Assembly (NCBI GenBank): GCA_951406725.2
Contig: OX597815.1
Coordinates: 85,436,001-85,500,000, forward strand
DNA length: 64,000 bases
DNA from: Octopus vulgaris
Taxonomy: Eukaryota
Direction of reading: 5' to 3'
The position numbers and the translations under genes are program-made. The notes beneath the pieces are model-generated. The model worked only from the letters and a program-made list of their open reading frames with translations. It made no database searches and had not been told where the DNA came from. Below, one piece after another: positions 26,057 to 39,371 of the stretch; the first letter of the stretch is position 1; every line of letters starts with the position of its first letter.

Positions 26057-26200
26057 CAGGCGCGGGCAATCTCTATCAAGAATCATCTGCTTGAGACACG
26101 GCCTATCATCAGGTGGGCGGCACTGCTAAAAAAAATTTGAAGTAATTTTCGCAGGTGCGCCAATCAAAAAGACCCGCGGGTCACCGCTTGCCCATAACTG
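26057..26200. mobile_element. hAT-type MITE
   Basis: CAGGCGCGGGCAA...TTGCCCATAACTG termini; degenerate 8-bp flanks AACTAGAT/AGCTCGAT. Confidence 0.55.
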
Positions 26201-26401
26201 AGCTCGATGCTATATATTGTTGGTAAACAATAGAAAACATTATGCTTATATCCAATGTGCAGGAAACTTCGAGTTGTTTTTTTTCCCTGATTGCTCATTC
26301 AAACATAGACTAAATTTATAAAATTTTTGTCTAATCACCTCATTTGAACATATTACAGTTATTTTTGATGTTGCTAAAAATTGAATTTATCAAATTCTAC
26401 G

Positions 26402-26451
<50 letters not shown>

Positions 26452-26598
26452 AGTGTGTAAAGATTTATACACAGAGAGAAGACCCTTGATAAGACTTCTT
26501 ACTTGCTAAAAAGGGCAGTTAAACCCAAACCACGAAGAAAGAATTCTAAGGCACGTTGTTAATGGCACTAGAGTGAACAAAATAAAAAAAAATTAGTT

Positions 26599-26670
26599 AA
26601 TCCCATGCTCGAATTTCGCTATTAATGACCAGATAAATTAATTTGGCATCCGTAGCTCGTCAGTGGGATC
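26599..26670 (-). ncRNA. Type I hammerhead motif with mutated cleavage site
   Basis: GAUCCCA-CUGACGA-GCUA...UAGC-GAAAU-ucga-GCA-UGGGAUU; 7-bp stem I, palindromic loop 3, U16.1 replaced by C. Confidence 0.7.
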
Positions 26671-26949
26671 GCTAAAGAATGCATAATTATGTAACTTTAA
26701 TACGTACCGAAAACACATGCGCAAGACAGCTCCATCTTTATACATTATGGTTTCTTATATATATTAGGCGGGCTGGCAAAGTCGTTAGTACGACGGGCAA
26801 AATATTTAGTGGTATTGCGGCGTACATTCGACTTTGCCTTCCATCCTTTCTGGGTCTATAAAATAAGTGCCAGTTGTGCACTGGGATCAATGTAATCGAC
26901 TTACCCACCACCCCGAATTTGCTGGCCTTGTGCCAAAATCTGAAACGGA

Positions 26950-26998
<49 letters not shown>

Positions 26999-27242
26999 GA
27001 TATTGACACACAGGCGCGCGCACGCACACACACACACCAGTTGGTTTTAATAAACGGAGAAAAGTACTCATAACCTCGAGTATAATGATAGAGTGGATCC
27101 AGTGTACTTTTGTTTGAAGAACCGACGACTCTAGAGAAACAGGCCACTACGTGTGTGTGTGTGTGTGTGAGAGTTGAACTATAATAATAATTTTAAAGTG
27201 CTACGAGCGCTGAAAAGTTTCTAGTTCTGGGTAAAAGAATAT

Positions 27243-27422
27243 ACAGGAGGATCAGATAATTATGATTTTATTCAACATATTCCCCGCCCTCTCAGATTCA
27301 CACACTTATTGCAGCGGTCCTTCAGTTTTTCTAAGCCCTGTAAAATAACTCGAAAGAATGGGCCTCCAATCAGACCTTTCGTGATACCCTTAAAACCAGG
27401 AACTTTTCAGCACCTCCTCGTA
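27243..27422 (-). mobile_element. Mariner-derived MITE fragment
   Basis: Ends AGGAACTTTTCAGCACCTCCTCGTA; related copy at 49406-49599. Confidence 0.7.
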
Positions 27423-27624
27423 GTTTAAGATTAAAGAACTGGTCAGGTCAAAATTTTTGTAAAATTCGGGTTAATGAGCTAATTTGTGTTTCAAGTTTCA
27501 CTATCAACACATTCAACCTTTCTGGTTGTGTAAACCGAAGGCGAAACCCGAATTCCCAAGCTACTCAAATACATACACGGACACACACACGTGCATGTGC
27601 ACGCGAGTTTCTATGTGTAAGTGT

Positions 27625-27692
<68 letters not shown>

Positions 27693-27921
27693 TGCATGAG
27701 TGTGTGCGTGCGTGTAAGTACGTGCGTGTATCATAAAATTACGTATGACAGGTTTTTCAAGACTCTAAAACATTAACGTGGATTTTCTAAAACCTTAAAT
27801 CAAGAGTCTCAATTTTTTTTATTCTTGTTCATCCGGCAGTGTTGGAGTACACCATGTGAAGAATATAGTGTAAAATTTTTAAATACCAAAGAACAGATAA
27901 TAAGCATATATTGTTTGTTAT

Positions 27922-28430
27922 GTGGAGGCGCAATGGTCCAGTGGTTAGGGCAGCGGACTCGCGGTCGTAGGATCACGGTTTCGATTCCCAGACCGGGCAT
28001 TGTGAGTGTTTATTGAGCGAAAACACCTAAAGCTCCACGAGGCTCCGGCAGGGGGTGGTGGTGAACCCTGCTGTACTCTTTCACCACAACTTTCTCTCAC
28101 TCTTTCTTCCTGTTTCTGTTGTACCTGTATTTCAAAGGGCCAGCCTTGTCCCACTCTGTGTCACGCTGAATCTCCCCGAGAACTACGTTAAGGGTACACG
28201 TGTCTGTGGAGTGCTCAGTCACTTGCACGTTAATAAATGAGCTGCGACGTCACTGGTGCCTAGCTGCATCGGCCTTTGCCTTTCCCTTGGATAACATCGG
28301 TGGCGTGGAGAGGGGAGGCTGGTATGTGTGGGCGACTGCTGGTCTTCCATAAACAACTTTGCCCAGACTTGTACCTCGGAGGGTAACTTTCTAGGTGCAA
28401 TTCCATGGTTATTCATGACCGAAGGAGGTC
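27922..28430 (+). mobile_element. tRNA-derived SINE, third family
   Basis: GGAGGCGCAATGGTCCAGTGGTTAGG...GGTTTCGATTCCC A/B boxes and a ~500-bp body; the same head occurs alone at about 7746-7772. Confidence 0.75.
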
Positions 28431-28969
28431 ACAATTGTTTGTTATAATTAAAATTAGAATTTCTATTGTAAACCGAAACTCCTCCTAACCGCTAAGCCAG
28501 GTTTCACAAACGCACATATACACACCAACACAAACACATACATACGCACAAACACAGATCAATTAATGTGATAAACAAGTTAAACATTGTATACACCAAC
28601 GCAACAACTTCGATAGCATTATAGAAAAACATTCTGGATATCGAGAGAGAAAAAGGAGGAGAGAGAGGGAGAGGGAGATAAAGAGAGAAAGAAAAGGGAG
28701 ACATTCTGGACCATATAATTGGCTTATGAGGTCAGATGTCGTTTATAACTTGATGCCATTTATACATAGTTCAGCACTTGAACTTCTCTGAACAAAGCAA
28801 TTAATAAGAAAATATTTGACATTATGAAATTGATATATTAGTTTGCATCACGCAACATTATATAATATTCGTACACACATCTATAGTGAAGTCACCTGAG
28901 TAGTTGTTTAAGCTCTGTACCACCCAATATTTGTACTATGACGTTGTCTCAAGAAGAACAACAGGAATA

Positions 28970-29353
28970 ATGGTTTCTGATTTAGGTACAAGGACAGCAG
29001 TTTTGAGGGGAGGAGTAGTCCTCGATACCATCTTGAACTAGACTTGAACTAGTACGAAAAGTAGAGATGACCGCGGCAGTATTTTCTCTGTCGCTCTTAA
29101 GATTTTCTCAGCTCGTCGCCTCTGCAGTAGCAGTAGCAACGATAAAACTTTCTAGTTTTGGCACAAGGCCAGCAATTCTGAGACGATGGGCAAGTCGATT
29201 ATATCGATCTTAGCGCTTATTTTATCGGCCCTGGAGGGATGAAAGGTAGAGTTGACTCCGGCAAGAGTTGAACTTAGAACAAGAAAAAACTGGAACAAAT
29301 ACAGCGAAGTATTTTTTCCGACGCTCTAACGATTCTGCCTGCTCGCCAGTTTT

Positions 29354-29389
<36 letters not shown>

Positions 29390-29612
29390 TCAACAACGGT
29401 TTTAGATTTTGCCACAAGGGCAACAATTTTGTCGGAGGGTATGAGTCGATTACATTGACTGTAGAGTTCAACTGGTACTTATTTCATCAACCCTGAAAGG
29501 ATGAAAGACAAAGTCGACCTCGGCAGAATTTGAACTCAGAACTTAACGGCAGACGAAATACCGCTAGGCATTTCGCTCGGCGTGCTAACTATTCTGCCAG
29601 CTCGCTGCCTTA
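28970..29612 (-). mobile_element. Cluster of three first-family SINE copies
   Basis: Same core as 3775-5140, separated by (CAG/TAG)n and (CAA)n. Confidence 0.75.
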
Positions 29613-29672
29613 ATAATAATAATAATAATAATAATGATAATAATAATAATAATAATAATAATGATAATAATG

Positions 29673-29724
<52 letters not shown>

Positions 29725-29726
29725 TA

Positions 29727-29833
<107 letters not shown>

Positions 29834-29850
29834 AAGAAGAAGAAGAAGAA

Positions 29851-30908
29851 ACAAGCACAGAAAAAGCTAAGCGCATGAAAACCCGTGCCAAAACTGCGGC
29901 CTTAGATATTCTGAATAATAAATGGCAAGAAAAACCTCTCTATAGCAAATACCCAAAGAGAGCGAATAATGCAGATATTGACAAAGCCCTGACCCATCAA
30001 TGGCTAATGGCCTCTGGCTTAAAATCTGAAACAGAGGGGTTTATAATAGCAGCTCAAGATCAGTGCCTACCAACAAGAAACTACCAGGCCAACATATTAA
30101 AGAACGGCAGTAGCCCAACATGTCGTGTATGCCGACAACAAAATGAAACCAGTGATCATGTTGTCTCCAAATGCAGTCTTCTAGCGCCTACAGAGTACCT
30201 CAACAGGCATGATAGAGCTGCACAATATATTCACTGGGTAATTTGCAAAAACCTGAATTTGCCCCATGAAAAAAACTGGTGGGAACACAATCCACCTCCA
30301 GTGCTTGAAAATGACCACATCTCACTTCTCTGGAACTTCACCATTCAAACTGACAGGAAGATAGATGCAAATAGGCCAGACATCATATTGAAAGACTTTA
30401 GACAAAGAACATGCCTCCTCATTGATATGACTGTCCCAATCGATATAAACATATCTGTCAAGACCTACCAAAAACTGAGAAAATATAAAGATCTTGAAAT
30501 AGAAATCAGCAAAATGTGGAAGCTGGAGACTAAAACAATACCTGTTGTCATAGGTGCCCTGGGAATGATAGTGAAAGGGACTAATTGCTACCTAACTCAG
30601 ATACCAGGAAACCCCAAAATGGCAGAAATTCAAAAGATAGTGCTCATGGGAACTGCTCATATCCTACGCAAAATACTCTCTATGTAATCCCAAGGTTTAA
30701 AACAAACTTTTTAAAAAAATTATTTATTTATTTATTTTATTTTATTTTATTTTTTGAAATTTTTTTTTTATGTATTAGACATTCACTAGTACAACACCAA
30801 AAAAACCCCCCAAATATATGGCACAGAACTTCCAACCTGTTGTCTCTTGAGGTCTCTGGGTGAGACTTGGAGCCAACTTGTACAGACATAAAGCAAAAGT
30901 CAAACATA
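29851..30908 (+). mobile_element. 5'-truncated R4/Dong-like non-LTR retrotransposon (CCHC + REL endonuclease)
   Basis: Open 270-aa ORF 29875-30687: CRVCRQQNETSDHVVSKC, RHD, RPDII...LLIDMTVP...KY; (TAA)n on both sides, with (GAA)n at the 5' junction. Confidence 0.88.
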
Positions 30909-30910
30909 TA

Positions 30911-30945
<35 letters not shown>

Positions 30946-30964
30946 AATAATGATAATAATAATA

Positions 30965-31013
<49 letters not shown>

Positions 31014-31084
31014 TGATAATAATAATAATAATAATAATGATAATAATAATAATGATAATGATAATAATAATGATAATAATAATA

Positions 31085-31115
<31 letters not shown>

Positions 31116-31171
31116 TAATAATGATGATGATAATAATAATAATAATAATAATGATAATAATAATAATAATG

Positions 31172-31214
<43 letters not shown>

Positions 31215-31246
31215 TGATGATAATAATAATAATGATAATAATAATA

Positions 31247-31277
<31 letters not shown>

Positions 31278-31480
31278 TAATAATGATAATAATAATAATA
31301 CTAATAATAATGATAATAATAATAATAATAATAATAATGATAATAATAATAATAATGATAATAATAATAATAATGATGATAATGATAATAATGATAATAA
31401 TAATAATAATAATGATAATAATAATAATAATAATAATAATAGTAATAATAATAATAATGATAATAATAATAATAATAATG

Positions 31481-31571
<91 letters not shown>

Positions 31572-31651
31572 TAATAATAATAATATTAATAATAATAATA
31601 ATAATAATAATGATATTAATAATAATAATGATAATAATAATAATAATAATG

Positions 31652-31718
<67 letters not shown>
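30909..31718. repeat. ~810-bp (TAA/TGA)n array
   Basis: Direct reading. Confidence 0.95.
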
Positions 31719-31719
<1 letters not shown>

Positions 31720-31720
<1 letters not shown>

Positions 31721-32000
31721 GAAACTTAGTGGAAAGTGGTGGCTGGAGAGAGGCAAAACGTAGTATGAGGAAAAACCACAAAGCGTGGCAGAGTCGGAGA
31801 CCTGTAAAATTTTGTGGGAAATCCCAATCCAAACAGACCATGTGCTTGAGCTAGAAATTAGCATTGCTTGGAACTGCAAGAGTTCTCCGTAGAGTTCTTG
31901 AAACATGATCAGTAAACAAGTGTGACCTTAGTCTGCTGGCTGCAAGGCTGTCTCTTTCGATCATACACAGCAAAATAAGCTGAGAGTCTTCATCTGATAA
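31720..32000 (+). mobile_element. Degenerate R4/Dong-like endonuclease and 3' fragment
   Basis: ILWEIPIQTDHVLE is homologous to LLWNFTIQTDRKID of the 29875 ORF; follows a TAA array. Confidence 0.55.
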
Positions 32001-32073
32001 TGATATAAATAAACCAGCCTAAAAAATTTTATGAAGCTTGTGTTGTGCTGAAAATGTCTTACGATTAACTTAC

Positions 32074-32243
32074 TGAGCGTGAATCCGACAGTTGGGTCAT
32101 TTCTTTCGTACCAAAAACGATCACCAACTTTGATTAGATGAAATTGACGTCCAATGATACAGGCAAAGGTGGGTCCAACAATACCACCACGTATTGGATT
32201 CTCTGACAGTCCTCCACTGAAGAGATCAATATCATCCGGGTGT
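32074..32243 (-). CDS. Heme peroxidase exon (absent from ORF track)
   Basis: ttctcag|ACAC...CTCA|gtaagt; 170 nt, phase 2->1; HPDDIDLFSGGLSENPIRGGIVGPTFACIIGRQFHLIKVGDRFWYERNDPTVGFTL. Confidence 0.95.
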
Positions 32244-32626
32244 CTGAGAAAGAAGTAGAAACAACATTGAAAAACCTAAAACGTGGTCATGTTTTGTATA
32301 TGTGCAACGACAAAGTAGTGGAATGCAGAAACGATAAAACGACTTGTAGTATTTAATTATCATCTTCTACGTTCCGAGTTCAAATTTTGCCGAGCTCAAG
32401 TAGTGAGCTTGCCCTCCCTGAAATTTGAGCCTTTGTGCCTCTGTTAGAAATCATTGTTACGCCTATCTGTCTAATCTGTCAGGCGACCGACCTATCTTTC
32501 TGTTTGTCACTAAACTATTCAACTTTTCTTTTAGATACAAGAACACCTTCACACTTATGCATTCATTATGCTTCACTATTTTTGCTGAAATATTGAATAT
32601 CATTTTAATATTGCTTGGTTACACAC

Positions 32627-32701
<75 letters not shown>

Positions 32702-32803
32702 TTATATAACTTAAGTGAAATTGCTCTGGGATCTCAGGTTGTAATGTACGTATTCTCCTAATAATTATTCAGCCAACATTTGTTTTCTCTGATAGTCTGT
32801 CAA

Positions 32804-32846
<43 letters not shown>

Positions 32847-33358
32847 TTTATGAAATACGGTTGTTTCGTATGTCTCTAAATTCTTAGTGAAAGAGAATAC
32901 ATTAAGATAACATTCTCGTTGGATCTCTGTCTATAAACATAATATTTAATGTACTTTAAATTACTGATTTTCAAAATTGTTCTCTTTCGTGTACAATTTT
33001 ACACATAATGTAGCAGTAATGGAATAAAACGTTTCAGTTGTCTTGATAAATTCCTGTCAGATTCATTTTAAAATTCCCGTTACTACGGGTCTGTTAAATA
33101 ACTTGGTCAATATTTGAATTATTAGCCATATTGTTACTTCTTCTGGAGACGTGCATACGACACGCCGTCATTTTGCCAGAAACTTTTCCAAGGAATAATA
33201 AATATTTAGAACATATATATATTTTTTTCTGTGTGAATAATCTGAGTCCTTTCCTTTGTATCAAAGACAATCAATTGTTTTTGCAATACTGTGTATAATA
33301 TTTTTTGAGTTCTTTGCTAAATTTACGATACTGACAATATTTTGCTGCTTCTACAAAA

Positions 33359-33478
<120 letters not shown>

Positions 33479-34066
33479 GATCACTGAACTTTGACGCAGC
33501 CTTTCTCAATGCTCTTGTTATACCATAGTTTTGATTACAGCAAACATGTTTTGCCCGAAGCTGAAGCTGAACCTACATATACATTTTTGAAAACTGTTGC
33601 AGCTTGTGCTGATTCAGTAAATATTTCTTAAGATGGAATTCTTCTGTGACATTGTTTTATTTTTCATATTGGTCTTATGTGATGGGTTATACCATATTAT
33701 ATACATCGTCTTAATATTTGTAATTTGCTGTAAGTGGTAAGTAGTTGTTCTCTTGCCTAGTGGTTGCGTATTAGTGCTTTGTTGAAGTGCCTCACTGTTC
33801 TGTTGAAATGGCTTAATCTGAAGATAAGATGGTTCAGATGAGCTAAAGAAACATACAATAGATTGCGCCGTCTAGAAAATAGAACGAAACGTCTGTTTGG
33901 GAACTGACCTCATGAATGTACAAGCACATACGCACACATATACTCTCATATACATACAGATGACAATATACATATACAAGAACACCATATTAATAATAAA
34001 GCAATGGAAACAACAATACCACAAAAACAACGATACGAATGATAAGCAAATAATATAGGGCCTCAC

Positions 34067-34359
34067 GAGTAAATGCTCTTTAATTTGTTGGCTGAATCAA
34101 AAGAATGGTCTATAAGACCACCTGGTCCAGTACCAAAGTTCGTAGCCGTCGAGAAATCACACCACTGTCTCCAAACATTGTAAGGAGGGATGCCATGATC
34201 TCGTCCTCGTTGAATGTTGAATGAAGCAAGATCGAGGCTATTACCAAAAGTATCTTCAAATAGATGGTCTGTTAACTGCTTACTCATAAAACGGTCAGCA
34301 TTCTGCGCGGAATCAGAAACTAACCCACGAACGAATGCATCGACAGATTCAGGCTGGTT
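34067..34359 (-). CDS. Heme peroxidase exon
   Basis: ttttcag|AACC...ACTC|gtgagg; 293 nt, phase 0->2; NQPESVDAFVRGL...LDLASFNIQRGRDHGIPPYNVWRQWC...KLKSIYS. Confidence 0.95.
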
Positions 34360-34565
34360 CTGAAAATATATTTAAGAATTAAAATTTTTTTTTACAGATT
34401 ACATAAAGCACAAACATATACCAATGTTAACAAATAATGGCCAAATCAAAAGTGTGAAGCCGTCGAAAAATCACACGACTGTCTCTAAACATCGTTAGGG
34501 ATGCCTGGAAAAGTCAACTATACATCTCGTCACACCATTGTCCCCAAGCATTGTAACGTTTAATA

Positions 34566-34958
34566 TTTATTTCTGAACATAGAGGAGACAAACAAAGACA
34601 GACAAAGAAATTAATTCGATTATATCGACCCCAGTGCGTAACTGGTACTTTATTTAATTGATCCCGAAGGGATGAAAGGCAAATTCGACCTCGGCGGAAT
34701 TTGAACTCAGAACGTAGCGGCAGACGAAATACTTATTTCTTTACTACCCACAAGGGGCTAAACACAGAGAGGACAAGCAAGGACAGGCAAACGGATTAAG
34801 TCGATTATATCGAAACCAGTGCGTAACTGGTACTTATTTAATCGACCCCGAAAGGTAAAGTCGACCTCGGCAGAATTTGAACTCAGAACGTAGCGTCAGA
34901 CGAAATACCGCTAAGCATTTCGCCCGGCGTGTTAACGTTTCTGCCAGCTCACCGCCTT
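34566..34958 (-). mobile_element. Dimeric SINE with 15-bp TSD
   Basis: Flanked by TTGTAACGTTTAATA (34551-34565 and 34958-34972). Confidence 0.85.
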
Positions 34959-36575
34959 TGTAACGTTTAATACTGACTTATAAAAACGTTTAATTACTTA
35001 GGAGCATATTATAGTTGCATAACGAAATACCGTGTGACTACAAGTCATTAATATCTACGTACTAGTTTTCAGGAATGTGTTTAATATATACCAATATTAG
35101 TTATAAATATATATGTAAATATGAGGGCAACGTCTTATAGCTTTGTGAGTGTGGTGAGATCAACTTCTGTTATGACATATTGGAGTTGACTTAGCCTTTT
35201 ATAGGCTTCACACGTTAATCTTTAATGATTGATCGTCTAACCTATCATGTGAATTTGGAACATTTGGTTGAATCCTGTATTTCGATTGGTCGACTATTGC
35301 ACGGGAAATGGATCTCGGATCTAATCACGTTGTGCGTAATACATTCTCAAACAACTAACCTGAATCTACGTTGGAGCCTACTTCGTCTTATATATTAAGT
35401 TAACAAAACAGCTATGACAGAGCAGTGAGAGATTTGTCAGGCAGGCAAATCATGTTGTTTTCCTGCTGTTGTAACAAAACACATGTAACAAAATACATGT
35501 TATAACAAAATACATCGATGGTCAGAGTTTAATCATCTAATCGATGGATGAACTATAATGTGCTTATTTTGTCCACTGTGTTATTTTAGCAGAGAAATAA
35601 AGACTCGCTGTTATTTTAAAGTTTGTTTTTTATATTATTTCTACGAGTGAGCAGGCAACACGTTATATAATGGTATGCAAAATTCCGTAGTAAACCAAGA
35701 GAGACTTTATATTCATACAGCTAAATGAGTAATCAAATGGAAACAGTTCAAAAACTGCGTTGGGAAGAACAGAACGGCATCGAATTAAATGAAACAGTTT
35801 AGTTTTGTCTCTTTTTTATCAGTTTTCCTCTAATACGCTGGTGTAGTCGTAATCGCTTGTACATCTCCCTTTCATGATTTGATATTGTATCTTGTCAAAA
35901 CATAATGAAAATCTTTGGAAGTATTAATTTAATCGAGTACAAAGAGATGGTTGAGGATTGACGTGAAGGAAAGCAACTCAATACATCGGTTTACACTAGC
36001 AAGAGAAACGTAGGCACGAACACAGAAATATACACACATATGCACATATAATCACACAATATAAATGATCTCTTTTTATTTTTAACTCAAGTAAACTCTT
36101 CGTACTTAAAAAATATGCTTCTAAATATACTTGCTTCCCTTTCATGAATTTCCGTTGTTATATTTTATGTAGAATTAAATCGCATTTTTAAATTCAGTAT
36201 ATTTACACAAACAACAACAACAGCAGCAGCACCATTTCCCTACAGAAGCGAAATTTCCAACAAACATTTTTATCGCACAATTATTTCTTAAGAACTTAGC
36301 ATATTTTATGCTTCGCATTTTTGTTTCACAAATTGCATTTTTAATGTTTTATGTTACAATTAAATCGCATCCATTCTTTATTCGATAGTTTCTACAGCTA
36401 CATGCCATTTTCTCTATATAAGTGTATATTTTTACATCTATTATTATCAGAATCGTCAGCACGTCGGACAAAATGCTGTGCGGCATTTCGTTCGTCTTTA
36501 TGTTTCGAGTTCAAATTCTGCTGAGATCAAATTTACCTTTCGTCCTTTCAGAGTCGATAGAATATGAACCAGTTG

Positions 36576-37764
36576 GGATCTTTTCTAAAAGATGGACAGA
36601 ATTTCCTACTTAACTAAATAATTTGAAACTTCGTATACTGGTAGAATGTGTCAAAAGAAAACATTAATTTCAATTAGTTTTTTGGAGAAAAATGTATTTT
36701 TTAACTTTTACGTACTTTAATTCTTCGAATTTTAACCAATCGTATTCTCTGTTTTGAAGCTGAATTCCTTTTTTCTGCCGTGTTATTCATCCTTATCAGT
36801 CTTCTGTTTTCTGTCTTCAAAGGCTTGTTTATTTCAATGTCATCCCTGACTTACGGACCGATTACCTGTGTGTGTGTGTGTGTGTTATTGTTGTGTATGT
36901 GTGTGCGTGTGTGTGTTTGTTGTGTGTGTGTGTGTGTGTTATTGTTGTGTATGTGTGTGTGTGTATGTTTGTTGTGTATGTGTGCGCGTGTGTGTGTGTG
37001 TCTTTTGTTGTGTATGTGTGTGTGTGTTTTTGTTGTGTATGTGTGTGCATGTGTGTGTTTGTTGTGTATGTGTGTGTGTGTGTGTGTCTTTTTGTTGTGT
37101 ATGTGTGTGTGTGTGTGTTTTTGCTGTGTATGTGTGCGTGTGTTGTGTATCTCTTAAATCGATGAATTTCGTCGCCCAATAAAAATATTAACAATATTTT
37201 TTAAACTTTAATATCGTTAATATTTTTATTGGGCGACGAAATTCATCGATTTAAGAGATACATAACACACGCACACATACACAACAAAAACACACACACA
37301 TACACAACAAAAAGACACACACACACACGCACACATACACAACAAAAACACACACACACATACACAACAAAAACACACACACATACACAACAAAAAGACA
37401 CACACACACACGCACACATACACAACAAAAACACACACACACATACACAACAATAACACACACACACACACACAGGTAATCGGTCCGTAAGTCAGGGATG
37501 ACATTGAAATAAACAAGCCTTTGAAGACAGAAAACAGAAGACTGATAAGGATGAATAACACGGCAGAAAAAAGGAATTCAGCTCAAAACAGAGAATACGA
37601 TTGGTTAAAATTCGAAGAATTAAAGTACGTAAAAGTTAGAAAATACATTTTTCTCCAAAAAACTAATTGAAATTAATGTTTTCTTTTGATACATTCTACC
37701 AGTATACGAAGTTTCAAATTATTTAGTTAAGTAGGAAATTCTGTCCATCTTTTAGAAAAGATCC
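36576..37764. mobile_element. Palindromic foldback DNA element with 8-bp TSD, inserted in a SINE
   Basis: GGATCTTTTC...GAAAAGATCC termini; TSD ACCAGTTG (36568-36575 and 37765-37772); arms pair up to a ~11-nt loop near 37199-37209; internal TG-rich minisatellite. Confidence 0.92.
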
Positions 37765-37880
37765 ACCAGTTGAGCACTGGGGTCGATGTAATAAATTTGG
37801 CCTCACTATCACGCCTCACAAAATTTCAAGCTTTTTACCTATACTAGAAAGGCTTATTATTATTATTATTATTATTGTTG

Positions 37881-37954
<74 letters not shown>

Positions 37955-38406
37955 TGCTGTGGAGCACATCGGACGTGTTGTCGAACGCTCCAAGTCCTTT
38001 AGAAAATATTTGTTTACACCCGTTTGGTGCCGTTTTTCGGTTTACAGTTTCTTCCAAGTTGCTAATAGAAACATCAAGGACCTGTCACTTGGTTTCCGTG
38101 TTTGTTTGGCCCCCACGCGGGGCTATATTCGGCCCCCAAATATGTTCGGTGGGTGTTTAATCATATAAGATTTAAGTTAAGAAAGAGTTAAGAAGAAAAA
38201 AAAAACTACCCCTCCCGCAGGCCTACTGGCTGCTGAAGATTCCCCCCTTCCCTCTTTTACTATTGGGGAATTTTGTTGCTAGATTTTTTTGTCAACTGTT
38301 TTTGTTTTTTATTGTTTACACATTTCTTGTTTTAAACCCCATTTGTCCCTTGTTTTGTATTGTTCCTATGTTTTTGTGTTCGTCCCTTGTGGCCAATAAA
38401 GAAAGG

Positions 38407-38407
<1 letters not shown>
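37955..38407 (+). mobile_element. LINE-like 3' UTR fragment inserted in (TTA)n
   Basis: T-rich tail ending GTCCCTTGTGGCCAATAAAGAAAGGA, then (TTA)n; clade (L1/Tx1?) inferred only. Confidence 0.45.
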
Positions 38408-38467
<60 letters not shown>

Positions 38468-38472
<5 letters not shown>

Positions 38473-38576
38473 TTATTGGCTTTGCACAGCTTCTAATGCT
38501 GGAGATGTACTACGGTGTCAGATGTTCACTACCAGTGAACTGGGGTAACATCCCTTATTTTTTAAGCACCATCTGG

Positions 38577-38578
<2 letters not shown>
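38468..38578 (-). mobile_element. Short retroposon 3'-end fragment between TAA tracts
   Basis: ~100 bp of non-simple sequence bounded by (TTA)n on both sides. Confidence 0.4.
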
Positions 38579-38636
<58 letters not shown>

Positions 38637-39001
38637 AATTATACTTATTTCCATTCATTCTTTTCATAACTACCTTTTCTTTATGGAATGTTTTTTCATA
38701 TTGAGTACTTCAGTGAACAAGATGTAGCAGTTTTACAATATTCAATCAAAACATTCAACACTTTTTAAGAATATTCTCTGCATGATTTTGTTATACTGAT
38801 TTTACATATAGTTTTTCTTTTCTTCTTGTTTTATTTATTCCTATCACCCGAAGATCGGAAACATGAAACCTGTAGTAACGAGTTAAGAAGTTATTCGATA
38901 AATATAATGTTTTTTTCTCAATAAAGTATTCTCTTTTCTCTTTATATTTATATTACCTATATTAATCCACACACACACACACACACACACACACGCGCGC
39001 G

Positions 39002-39113
<112 letters not shown>

Positions 39114-39371
39114 AACAATGAACTTCTGCACAATTTCCGTATACTGAACTGTCGTTAACCAATACCCACAAGATATTGGTTAACTCAACGCTTACCTACG
39201 CGCCGCACAGTAAGAGCTAATCTAGAACCATTTTAAAAGCTGATAACCAATTCCAAAGCTATTCAGAATTTCTTGCTATGTGCCAACTGCAGGTGACCAA
39301 AAAAAAAATTAATTAAATCGTATATAACAAAACAAATATACAAAAGGAAGACAACTGCTGAATACTCTTAC

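Noticed and set aside
27922-27997. tRNA gene
   Set aside because: tRNA-like head continues into a SINE body; no convincing cloverleaf or T-run terminator
29875-30687. 270-aa ORF as a host or nested gene
   Set aside because: Motifs are those of a REL-endonuclease retrotransposon C-terminus, 5'-truncated and flanked by TAA repeats
32218-32262. CTGAAGA...GAAAC as a hammerhead
   Set aside because: Antisense of peroxidase codons (DLFS); stems I and III do not form
36780-37561. Near-identical 'membrane protein' ORFs on opposite strands
   Set aside because: By-product of the palindromic element and its TG minisatellite
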